A stretch of DNA of 64,000 nt, taken from the NCBI RefSeq assembly GCF_009914755.1, contig NC_060931.1, one strand, 5' to 3'. Below are positions 44,453 through 57,010 of this stretch, piece after piece (within the stretch, counting starts at the first letter, position 1; each line of letters starts with the position of its first letter). Source of the stretch: the human T2T-CHM13v2.0 reference genome, Homo sapiens. The notes below the pieces were generated by a model that had not been told where the DNA came from, did no database searches, and saw nothing but the letters and a program-made list of their open reading frames with translations. A program made the position numbers and the translations under genes.

Positions 44453-47400
44453 AATGTGGTCACCCAAATATTCTGAAATACCATCTCTTCAGGTCATTTC
44501 AGTTATCTGAGTCTATGTAAATAAGAAAAAAATAACAGCCAGAGCTAGCTAAAATCAGAAACCACAAGCAGTCTTTGTTCACAAGTAAGTAGTTATTTGA
44601 TCTGTCCCACAACCATCATTATTTCCAATTTTGCATTGTCTACCTGAGAACTATCAAAAGCACGTCTGTCCTACTCTGTTCCCCATCTGGAAGAAAGTAG
44701 ACATGTTCAAACTTCCATAGCCATTTCTGCAGTATTGTTAAAAAATCAGTGCACACTCACAAACCTGTACTTTTCTTCCTAAAATAGGGTGTTGACCTCA
44801 AACAAAAACAGGTTTAGGCTACATCTACATGGGTGACCATGTGTGGCATAAAATAGATTTTCCAGCATGCGTTTATTTGGCAATGACTTAAAAGTGCAAC
44901 CAGATGTTTTCATAGAGAACAGCTCTTTTAGCCACAAATGTTTCCAATTTAAATGCATTTGTTTTGACTCTATTTTGCTGCAGATGGAAAACATCCATTT
45001 TCTTTCTTTCCATTGGGGATAGACAGTGAACGTTGGCAAATCTCATAGAGAATGATTACCAATGTAGACAAAACTTCGGTGAGAGCTGAATCTCCAGGAG
45101 AAAATTTTTAAAAGACAAGTTTGCATTTTAAACAGGTTGGCTCTTTTAAGACCATTTTCCCCCTCTAATTTGTACCATAAGTCTTAAACATCTGTATGTG
45201 TTTGAGCCTAGGGAACTTACCTTACTTTTAAGTGATAAGTCAAACAGATCTATTCAGAATGACAGCATAGCTTCCGGGCGTGCCATTGATAGTTACTGCA
45301 AACAGATATTTCAGATTTTCTTATCAAAATGTGAATTATGTAGGTGTGCTTTACTAAATTTTCTTGCAATTAGCAGGTTGAAATATTACAGGAATTGTAA
45401 ATGTCTTTATAAAAATAACAGAAAAGCTTTTCTTATTTTTTCAAAAACAAACTAATGTGTACGTGACAGAGTATAAAATGATCTTGGCAAGAGTACAGAT
45501 TTCTGTTTTAAGAAGCTGGGAGTTATATTTTAACTCATGAAAAGTAATGTTTTCTTTAACCAAATTATCCTTAACATTTGTTGTTTTAGTTTAACTCTAT
45601 GATTTCTGAGAAGCTTTTGAAAACAAGAAGATATTTTAAAATTTTATTTCCTGTTTTAGACATTTAAATGAGTAAAAAAGGTCCAAATACTGTTTTGAGC
45701 AGTAAAAGTATTGTTTTTCCCCTGGAAGAGTAAAATCTCTGTCAGCCAGACTATAATACTTTCACAGACTGAGCACTGTGATACACATATGCTATTTTAA
45801 ATGTATAGACCCTGTAAGAAGGAGCTAGAAATGCTAAAATGAATATTAATTTTTGCAGTAGTAATTAGACTGATGCAAGAACAATTGTCTGTTTTTCTCC
45901 TATGTCTTCCCACTTGCAAGTATTTCAGTTAAGATGTCATTCTTTGTGGAAAGTATTTACATATATGTTTTCTTAGTTTTTCCTTCTAGATAATATTAAC
46001 TTTTGTTAGATATCTTTTGATTACTTTATCTGTCATAGATATTCCAATGAATTTTCAGTAAATTAAAGTTCATCTTTTAAAAAACCACTTCACCCACTCT
46101 TCAAACTACCTGAAAGAGTTAAGTATTCACCACCTACTACACATAGTCACTTTGGCCTCATTATACAGGATATTGTTCTTACCAATGATTATCTGTTGAG
46201 GGAAATCTGGGTTTCTCCTAGACCCCACTTAAAGAGAGGAACACTGTGAGATCTTGGCCCTGTTGCAAAACCTCTCCAGTCATTCTCCCAGTTTGTTATC
46301 ACTGGGGAAATAACTTATTTTGCCAGACTGCAGAGCTGGACAGGGTTCTAAGAATGTAAAGTAGTCATAGACTGTTTAAATGATCCATTGGAATTGACTG
46401 TTGGCTGGCAGAAGTTATCGAAGTTATCTGGAAAAGAAAAAAGCCATGGTTCTCCAATTTTCCCCTAATAGTACTATGTTGTTTAATTTGTAAATTATAA
46501 TGATAAATAGCAAATATTTTCACTTTACTATTATCTCAATCTGAAATACTATATATGATGTGAGTTTCTAATGGGAGAATAAAAGAGAAGACTATCTGTA
46601 TTCTACTTGGGCTACATAATTCATGCTACATTTAATTTTTAAAAATTCTACAGCTCTATATTTTTTTCTAAGTAGTTTAGCTTTTTAAAATTATAAAGCA
46701 TTTTCAGTAGGAATATTTTATACTATCATAAAACATAATTCTTTCTTTTTAAATTCGTTGATATTATATTATGCTTTTGTATGCATTTTTACATTACATT
46801 ATGCTTAAAAGCATAGTTTTTGTGTTTTATTTAAATTAAATGTCTCAATATACCCTTGCCTCTTTTAAAATACTATTGAATGTTTTCTAACGTGTAAAGA
46901 AAGACACTCTCTCCTGCATACACAGCTTGACATTTAGTTTGTCAACTTAATATATGAGAAAAGTGTAAACAGAATATGGAAATAATCACCATAAAATTTT
47001 TATTTTTTTAACTATTATTTGGAAATAAAATCAAATTTCTAAAATTATATTAACAAATTAAATATTTACAATTATTTTTCCAAGTATCAGAAGAATTAAT
47101 GTTCAAGAATTAGCCCATAGAATTAACTTATTTGGTATGGCTTATAAATCAGTTTTCAGATGAATAACATGAATTTTCCCAAGTAATCACTCTTATTGCC
47201 ATTCTTGTCTTAATGTGAAAATTTATTTTTTTGTCCACTGGTTTAAAGTCTTTAAATGTAGCTAATCTATTTGAAAATATCTTGAAAAATTGCTAGGCCA
47301 GTGAGATTCATAAATATCAAGTTACTGTCTTGTGAATTACATTTTTCTTAAAATGTTTGCTTTTACTATTTCACATGCACTTAAGGGATGAATGTTAAAG

Positions 47401-48729
47401 TTTTTGAACCTATGTATATAGCTTTCAGTTACTTTCATAAATGTATGTGTGCCTTTTTAAAAATCAGAAATTCAAGAGAATCCAATCAATACTTTCTATT
47501 ACTTTATAGTTACAGAATGTAGTCAGAGTATAGATAAATGCTACTTTGATGATTATTTGCTGCATAGACAATGAAAATCAATGTTTCGTGCTCTATGAAA
47601 GTGAAAATAACTTAATTTTAGGAATTTCAAATAAGAGTAGATTTGTGACATAATTTTCCTAAATTTAGAAAGCTATTGTTAAAATATATGGTACAAAAAG
47701 TATAAGACGATGAATGTAGTAAACAATAATTTCCTTTCATAAATGATGTCATTGACTTATGGGAATTACTAGGCTGTACATCTGGTACTTAGTGACTAAT
47801 ACTGAGCAATCGAATCAGAAGATCTTAATTCAGTAAAACTGAGTAATCATAAGGATGTTAAGACTTCCTATAACAACTCAATCTAGCCTATGAAAAACAT
47901 GGTTCTGTAAAATCAGAATACTTGTCTTTGAAATTTATTAATATATGTTTAGCACAATTTATTGAAATCTGTGGAAAACTAAAGTTCCCATTATTCTCAT
48001 CACAAATAATTACTTAAAATTTAATGTATCAGGAGCCATGAACTAAAAAATATAAAGTAGTCCCTAAAATAAATAAGGTCTGAACAGAGACTCAAGAGGA
48101 TAATCGAAGAGTCGAAACTTGGTAAACAACAGACTCTTACTTTATGACTAATCTTAGTCACTGATTTATATCTATATTTGTGTAAATTGAACTTTGGCGA
48201 AAATAGGATAAATTAATAAGGCAGTAAGGCTTCTAACAGTGACCTTGGGATATTCATTATAATTATGTTCCTTTGTATTCCTTGTCTTGAAAGGGAAGCC
48301 ACGGGAGCTTATATTCTTGAAATACAGATTTTGCCTAGTCTTTCTGAGCCTTCATTTAACTATACTTTATTCTCCACTCCTAACTCTTTATCCTATCACT
48401 TACTTCAAGAAACAAAAATAACAGACATTTCAAAAATACATTCTCAATTTAATGTACATGACATTCTATTCTTGTTTTGTTTCTGCATTAATGAGAATTA
48501 TTCACTCATAAATCTGTATCAGCTGTTGATGTGAAAATTACTAGAATTTTAAGACAAATAGAGTACCAGACAATGATATACAATTAAAATGCTTTATGAT
48601 GAAAGCCATAAAATCTTGACATTACACCTATAGATTAATTAGAAGTAATGTAGGTAGTATTCTCTGTATATGCAAATAATTTATGCTGAACATGAAAGCA
48701 AATGGTTAGAAATGAAAATGTAATCTGCA

Positions 48730-48980
48730 AATTGCTAAGGAGATTTGATTTCAAAATCAGAAAGCCTAGATGACCATACTGCTTCCAAATCTGCTCTAGT
48801 ATTTGCATACCAATTCTATGTATTTGGCAAGTTACGTGATTTCCCTAAGCTTTAGTTTCTTTTTCTGTAAAATGGATATAATAAAAATATCTACCCCAAA
48901 GTATCAGGTGAACCAAATATGAATTTATGCAAAGTTCTTACTACAGAGCTAGGCAGATAGTAAGCATTTAATAAAAGGCT
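48730..48980 (+). mobile_element. MIR
   Basis: ttggcaagttacgtgatttccctaagctttagtttctttttctgtaaaatgg core. Confidence 0.7.
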
Positions 48981-49719
48981 GGCTAATCTTAATAAAAATA
49001 ATACATTGTAAAACAATTTTAGTTATTTTATGTTTTGTACCATCTAGACATGTCAAAAATATAGATTACTATATTTGTTTTTAGATTCATGTGGTGTAAT
49101 TAGATACTAAACTGCATATGCAGACTATTGTTTATCAACTGAATCTGTCACCATATTCATGCATGTGCTGGGTCTTTTGAAAGACCAATTATAAGCAACA
49201 AAAATACAATTTCAATGCTTATGCTTGCATGTTTACAATCTTGTTAGTACTCTGTTAGCAATGAAAATTACAATATTGAATTTGTTAATATGCTGGAAAA
49301 CCACCATCCCATGTATGTTATTAAAGTCATGTTTAATTGTTTCTCTAAGTGTAAAAGACAAAACTTTTTTCAGTCATAATTTACAGTTTAAAAAGCTTTA
49401 ATTTGGTATCATGAAAATGAAAATATGGTGATATGTTTTTTAATGAGAAAAGGAGAGAAAGACATAAAATGTAACCAATATGGCTAAATGAATTGAAGTA
49501 AAATAAGTTGACATTGTGTTTCATGAATAACAATTGCATAGTAATTAAAGAAAAATAATATTGTTGGTATAATTTATCATCTAGTATGTGGAACTCATGT
49601 TTTGACCATTAATTAATTAACTTGTTTTGCTGAAAAATGATATATTAAACTAGTTTTCATTTGAATTTAATTTTGTTCTATTTGTAAATATGCTTGGGAT
49701 TTATAGTTCTATATAGCTA

Positions 49720-52700
49720 TAAACATTAAGAGTTTATTCTATTCTGACTATAAACCATTTCCAACCTAGTGGTATGTTCTGAGCCATTCCAAACTTAGTG
49801 GTGAAAAAGAACCATCATTTTATTTTGCTCATGGATTTTGCAAATCAGGAATTCATACAGGCCACAGTGGAAATTGCTTGATTCTGCAAAAGCATTGGCT
49901 TATAGCTAAAACTATCTGGAGGTTTCTTTACCCAGGTTCTAGCGCTGAGATGAAACTAAGAATGGCTTAGCTGGGATTATCAACCAAAGTGCCTGCAGGT
50001 GACCTCTCAATGTGGCTTGGGCTTTTCAGACATGAGTCTTCAGACTTCTTACATTATGACTTAGAAATCCAAGACCAAGTTATCTAGGAAACAAGGTGCC
50101 TGATCTTTTATAATGGCCACACAAGTCACGCAATATTACTTCTGGTATACTCTATCAGTTACATTGTCATGGAGCACTCAGATTCAAGTGAAAGAGACCT
50201 AGACCTGATTTCTTGATGGGAGAAATGTCAAAGAATTTGCCACCATTTTTGAAAACTACACTTGTGTGCCTTCTGACCATAAATTGTTTATGCACATAAC
50301 ACACAGGAAAAATGAACTTACTCTCTTCCAAGACCCTCAAATGACTTGTAAGATCAAGTTCATACTACATAATTTCATTATTTAAATAGAACCAGATACA
50401 GTTGAGGCTCCTCAGATGCAATTTTTTTATTATTACAGTTCATTTAGATCCATCTGTCTCCTACCACTACCACATCTGACATTCAATGGTGGGATTACTT
50501 CAACAGACATTTTTTTTTTCCTAGAGTGAAAAAGAAGGTACATAAAAGTTGCTTCTAGTTCGTAACAATTCTGTAAACCAGCCAGCCCTACCTGCCATTA
50601 TTTGATTAGGACCGAGGCCTGCTCCCTGAAAATGATTATCTGCAGCATGTGGCTCCACCTTGCCATTTGTATCATGTTCACATTTTAGTTTACTGCCCAT
50701 AGACATTTGAGGCTATAAAGGCCTCTTTTTATTTTATATTGTTCACATCCCTTTCAATCTAGGCTGGATTCTACTAAAAACTCTGTCAGTGTTTTATGCA
50801 TCAGTATAATTCAATTCATTAGGCAAAAGCCATATCTATAAATATCTTTCACTTATGCCTTTTGCTGTCTGTCTTAAGTCCCATTACTGTGTGGGACTGC
50901 TGTATGACGAAACCCTTAAGGTTCCTAGAAATCCTATTTAATAGTATCTCCAAGACTTGTTATCCTTAAAATCCTTGGGAGGTCTTATGTCTTCCTGAAA
51001 CATACTTAAGAAAAATATTTTAACTCATTTTGGGATCTTAACACAGAGTTTTTCTCCCAAACATTGGCTTCATTTTTACCCCAAAGCCATGTTTTCTTGA
51101 CAGCATTCCGGATCTGATCTTCGTCTTGATGTCTTTCTTTGAGATTCCTCTGCTGGCTGGAAAGACAGTTCTGGGTTCCCTGTGTGTTTTCTCTAAATTC
51201 TACTTGAAAACGAATGGTTTGTTCTTTAGTTTATCTCTCTACTCTAAAATTTTAGTATAAGAAGCTAGAAGAAGTCAGGTGCTACCTTTTAACATCATGA
51301 CTGGAATTCTTACCCATAATAGGGATTCCATTAGGTACATTTCATTTTTTTTAATGTTACTACAATGCAGTGATGTGAAATTTTCTTCTACTGCATGACC
51401 AAAGTCCCCTTTCCTCAAGCTTCCAGCAACATTTTCCTCACTTCCATGTAAGCCTTTATGGATAGGTTCCTCAAGGACAGCAGACTTCTAAGTAATTGGT
51501 CCCCCAACTAGCATGATATAGGTTTTTTAATGAAACTCCCCTAAGATTTTTGTCCTATTCCCAAATTATCTTCCTGTTTTCTGTTTTTATATAGCAAACC
51601 CCCAAACCTTAATGACAAAAACAAACAAACAAACAAAACAAACAAACAAAAAAAACAAGCAATCTTCTCTTGCTCATGGTTCTGTGTCAAAACAGGTGCT
51701 GGAGAGGATGTGGAGAAATAGGAACACTTTTACACTGTTGGTGGGACTGTAAACTAGTTCAACCATTGTGGAAGTCAGTGTGGCGATTCCTCAGGGATCT
51801 AGAACTAGAAACACCATTTGACCCAGCCATCCCATTACTGGGTATATACCCAAAGGATTATAAATCATGCTGCTATAAAGACACATGCACACGTATGTTT
51901 ATTGCGGCACTATTCACAATAGTGGGTTGGAACCAACCCAAATGTCCAACAACGATAGACTGGATTAAGAAAATGTGGCACATATACACCATGGAATACT
52001 ATGCAGCCATAAAAAAGGATGAGTTCATGTCCTTTGTAGGGACATGGATGAAACTGGAAACCATCATTCTCAGCAAACTATCGCAAGGACAAAAAACCAA
52101 ACACCGCATGTTCTCACTTGTAGGTGAGAATTGAACAATGAGAACACATGGACACAGGAAAGGGAACATCACACTCTGGGGACTGTTGTGAGGTGGGGGG
52201 AGGGGGGAGGGATAGCATTAGGAGATATACCTAATGCTAAATGATGAGTTAATGGGTGCAGCACACCAACATGGCACATGTATACATATGTAACAAACCT
52301 GCACATTGTGCACATGTACCCTAAAACTTCAAGTATAATAATAATAATAAAATTAAATTAAATAATGAAATAATACAATTAAATTAAATTTAAAAAAAGA
52401 TTTAAAGACAGTATGGTAGAGAGAGCTTGCCTCTGCTTCATAATATATGCAATCTCAGCAGGAAAAACTGGACTATCTGGGAGTAACTTAAATGGCTGGA
52501 TTGAAATGATCTGGACCCTTTTTTGTTCATGTATCTTGTACCTGGGCTGGGAAGACTCAAAGGCTAGATTCATCCAGAATTGTTGAGCGGAACTGCTATA
52601 CAAGGTTTCTCCATTTGGCCTGGCTTTCTCACAGCATGGGATTTTTGGGGTATTCAGACTTATATGATGACTCAGTTCTTTAAAAAGCAAGAGTTCCAGC

Positions 52701-52878
52701 AAAAGGTAAAACCCACATAGCATTTCATTACCTAATTTGGAAAGCCACATAAGGTAACTTGCCACATTCTTGCATATGAATTAGTCACAAGCCTGAGCAG
52801 ATTCAAAAGAAAAGACTAGAATCCACTTCTCAATGGGATAAGTGTCAAAAATTATGGCACTATGTTCTAAAACAACCA
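49720..52878 (-). mobile_element. MLT1 MaLR element with two LTRs and an internal region; the second LTR is interrupted by L1PA
   Basis: Two homologous LTR blocks (about 49720-50260 and 51560-52878) share ccaaac(t/c)tta(g/a)tg, ttgctcatgg and atggga...tgtcaaa...aaaac.a motifs, and flank about 1.3 kb of internal sequence. Confidence 0.65.
51689..52398 (+). mobile_element. 5'-truncated L1PA (ORF2 C-terminus, 3'UTR, A-rich tail)
   Basis: ORF 51670..52134 is the L1 ORF2 C-terminal cysteine-rich region (CWRGCGEIGTLLHCWWDCKLVQPLW...HRMFSL), followed by a G-rich 3'UTR and tail. Confidence 0.96.
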
Positions 52879-53471
52879 TAATATATAAATCATACATATA
52901 AATAATAAGCAAATAATAGTGACTTCTTGTTTTTAGTATAGAAATAACTCCATGTACATATTCTTAAAATACATGCTTCACATATTTATTGTTGGAAAAC
53001 TGATCTAGATTTTTCTACAAATATCCAACTTAACATAAATATTTCTTTAGTTTATATTTGGTTTGAATATGCAACACAGTCTCCAGGAGTGAGCTGATCA
53101 AAATGTGAATATATGGAATAATGTTATACACACTTGCAAATTTATCAGAAAGCAAATTAACTTTAAAAATCCAAAACAATACCAAATATATTGCCCTTTC
53201 TTTTTATTAGTCTTTCCAATTAATAAAAGTATAGTCTTCTCTTTCTGACTTATTTAACTATTCCAGTTTTTTATATTATATCTACTTTTTAAAAATTAGA
53301 AATTCATACAAGAAATTTTGGACAAAAGTATGTAAGTTGTTTCATATTAATCTTTTAATTAAAACAGCTTTCTGAAAGCATCAGGCAGCTAGAATTTTCA
53401 GGGCCAAATACAGAAGAAGAGAAAAGAAACACAAATTGACCAGTATTTTTCTCTGCCCTTAAGATTATACC

Positions 53472-53822
53472 TAGACCAGCTCTGGTACCTCACACCTGTA
53501 ATCCCAGCACTCTGGGAGGCACAGGCAGGAAGATCATTTGGGGTCAGGAGTTCAAGACTAGCCTGGGCAACATAGCAAGACCACTTATCTACAAAATATA
53601 TATAAATAATATATATATTATAATAATATAACTTATATATTATATTATGACTCATATATAAGTGTGGTGGCACACATTTGTAGTCCCAGCTACTTGGGAG
53701 GCTTAAATGAGAGGATGGCTTGAGCACAGGAGTTCAAGCTTGCAGTTAGCTATGATCATGCCACCACATGCTAGCCTAGGCAGCAGAGCAAGACTCTATC
53801 CTGAAAAGTAAATAAATACATA
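53472..53822 (+). mobile_element. AluJ with an AT-rich expansion in the linker
   Basis: Diverged dimer with a low-complexity TA insert at about 53596-53660. Confidence 0.88.
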
Positions 53823-54116
53823 AAACCGTTTTTTATTCTGAAAGCTGGAGGTGAGAAACTAAGTAGGCAAATGTTTTAGTAGAATCAAAGATTTTGTTAA
53901 AGAAGAGGATACTAATAAATCCAACAGATTTTCCGATGAGACTCAGATGTACTACATCACAGGAGTCATAGCACTGCATTATAGAAATTTACCAGGTTTT
54001 GGAAGTACCAAAGGCCATATTTGATAAATTTTGCCAAATAAGAAAATGTTATTGCAGAATAGAAAACACAAAAAGATTACAAAACTGAAAATTAAAAATA
54101 CAAAAACTGGAAAGAC

Positions 54117-54222
54117 AGCTTGAGCTCAGGAGTTCGAAGCTGCAATGAGCTATAATGGCGACACCGCAGTCCAGCCTGGATGACAGAGCAAGACATGGTC
54201 TCTTAAAAACAAACAAACAAAT
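54117..54222 (+). mobile_element. Alu monomer fragment (FLAM/AluJ-like)
   Basis: gcttgagctcaggagttcgaagctgca...ccagcctgg...gacagagcaagac. Confidence 0.8.
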
Positions 54223-54229
54223 ATAATAC

Positions 54230-56600
54230 TATAACTGAAACTAAGAAATTAATATGTAAACAAAGTTGAAGAGAGACTTAGTAAACCGAGAGATGAGAAT
54301 ATATCCTACTAAATAAAGCTACAAAGGATGCAAAGTGTGGAAGTTACACCAAAAACTATTAAGCAAACATATAGAAGAGTTTTTAAAAGTCTAGCATACA
54401 TGTAATTCAGTTTAGAGATGGAAAGAAAGTATAAAATTGAGAAAAAACAATATTTGAAGAGATGACAGCCAAGAATTTTCCAAAACTGACAAAAGATAAC
54501 AAATTACAAATTCCAGAAGTACTACATATACCTAAGTAAGATAAATACGAAGAAAACCACATCTAGTGGCAAAATTTACATTAGCTTAAAACTAAACATA
54601 AAGAGAAACTTTTATGACAATCAGAAAAAATTACATATTAGCACCAAAGGAAAAAAGTCAAAAGCAAAAAAGTCAAATCAGTGACTTCTCAATAATAAAG
54701 GACCATCACAGGAAAAGGGAATTACTATATCTTCAAAATGCTGAAAAACATTTTTAAACTCAAAATCTATATCCATGAAGCTTATGCTAAAAAATTGGTC
54801 ATAATTTTATAATTTTTATGTAGGCAATCTTTTTGCAGAAAACAAAAACCTCAACAATAAAATAGAAAAATATATAAAAGATGACCTTAACAAAAATTAT
54901 GAATTTCTGTTAATCAAAAGCTATCATTAGATAAACAGACAAGCTATACAGATCAATAGAAAATGTTTGTAATACTCATACCTTAAAAAAGACTTTTATG
55001 AATACCCTAAAAATACTCCTAATAGTCAGTGATAGAAAAACAAGCAACACAACCAAAAATGGTTAAAAGACTTGAATAAACACTTCATAAAAAAATATTT
55101 TTGGTTGGCCAAAAGCTCATGAAAATGTGCTAACATTATAAGCATCAGGTCAATGCAAATTAAAATTACTACGAGATTTCATTTTACACACAATAAAAGG
55201 CTAAACAAACAAAAAGACTGATATTGCCAAATGTGGAGAGGATGTGGAGCAGCTAGAGTTGAAGTGTAAATGTTACACCACCTTTGGAAGACTGGCAGTT
55301 TCCTATATGTTAAATAGACACATGACTAAATAATTCATTTCTGGGTATTCACCCAATAAAAACATATGTTCACACAAAGACTTGTGCAAGACAGCCATAG
55401 CCATCTTATTTATAATATATATAAAATGGAAACAACTCAAATGTCAATTAATAGAAAATGGATAAATGGTGATATATTCATTTAATGGAATAATATTAAG
55501 TGATTAACAAGGAACAAACCATTTATGCAACACTGAGGATACATCTCAAAAACATTATATTGAGAGAGAGAAGGTAAATACAAAAGAATATATACTATGT
55601 GATTTCACTTATATGAAGTTCATAAAACAGGTGAAATTAGCCTAAATGGATAGAAATAAGAAAATTTCAGTATTCAGACCTGAAGGAGGATTAGATTATC
55701 CTAATCTAAATAAAGATTAGAAACTTTATTTCTTCTTCATCACCCCCCTTTTCCATTTTTAATCAAGTTAGAGATTTTAAAGTATTGCTAAAGTCAGCTG
55801 TCCTTTCACCATTCTGTTATCTAATAATAAAGTAGAGCAATAAACCAATTTTTTTTCAAATCCAGTTTCAGAGTGATTAGACAAACTGATCTCACACTAG
55901 GAAACAGCTTGAAGTGATGTAAAGTTGGGTATGTAAAGTAGTTTGAACTTAAAAAATTTTTTGTTACATAAATATATTTTAATGAATAAAAAATACAGAT
56001 AAATGTATAGTCTTTAATCATTACAGAAATTGAATAGGCGGTTAATCCTCCCCTCACTCCCCAGCAAAGAAAACTGCAATTTATACATACTGACACAGAA
56101 GTGAAAGTAATGTTTTCCAACTTAGTTTAAGAATGTAGCTTTAATACCAAAACCTGACAAGGACAACACAAGTTCCAAGCCATTCCTCTCGTGAATATAA
56201 CTTTTTAAAATTATAAGTGAAATATTAGCAATTCACTGATGGTATGTGGGGGCTGAGAGGAGGTATAAAACTACAACTAAGCTGGGTTTATCCCAGGAAT
56301 ATAAGGTTTGTTTAATATTTAAAGATCCTTCAATATAATTCACTGTATTAAAAGAACATAACAGAAAACTCATATTTTAGGTATTCAAAAAGAATCTGGT
56401 AATATCTTTTTCATGACATAAAAGTCTTTGTAAACTAGAAATATAAAGGAACTTCCTACAAATGATCTGTAGAAAATGTAAGATTAATGGTGAAATAGTG
56501 GAAACTTATTCTTTAAAGTTAGGAAGGAGACAATGCTATCTGATATCATTGCTTCTTATTTGAACATTACTAGATACTTTTCCTAGTCAGTTAAAAAAAA
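54230..56600 (+). mobile_element. Fragmented ancient L1M (ORF1/ORF2 remnants)
   Basis: tttgaagagatgacagccaagaattttccaaaactga, aaagacttgaataaacacttca, gaggatgtggagcagctag and gggtttatcccaggaatataagg motifs. Approximate. Confidence 0.7.
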
Positions 56601-56614
56601 AAGAGAGGTGGTCA

Positions 56615-57010
56615 AGTGACCATTGTTTCTCTATAGTGTCAAAGCTTTTCTGCAGTATCACAGAAAAATATCCACAATTATCTGAAAATGACATTAAAAC
56701 AAACTTTCCTTCCAACTACATAAGATTAAACTTCCTTAAAGTATTCAACCAAACAAATGTAGCAACAGATTGAATTAAGGAGCTGATGTAAATATTTCAA
56801 ATTTCTTCTATTACTTCTATTAAAGAGATTTGCAAAAATGTTAACAATGCCATTCGGCTATTTTTGTTTTGGAAAATATTGTTATTTTCCATAAAATATT
56901 TATGAAATATTTATGATAACATATGATTTCATTATTATATTAAATAAACATTTTTAAATAGTTTCTATTTAATTTCTAATACCTTCAATATAAATGAATA
57001 TAGATATTCA
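56615..57010. mobile_element. Charlie-type hAT fragment
   Basis: gcaacagattgaat...agctgat...taaagagatttgcaaaaatgt motif. Confidence 0.55.

Noticed and set aside
48265-48534. Plus-strand ORF containing LEREATGAYILEIQ, which resembles cadherin LDRE..Y.L
   Set aside because: Opposite strand to the gene, no following AxDxG or DxNDxxP motif, and no convincing splice sites; probably chance.
51670-52134. Longest ORF in the window (154 aa)
   Set aside because: It is the L1 ORF2 C-terminus of a truncated L1PA, not a host gene.
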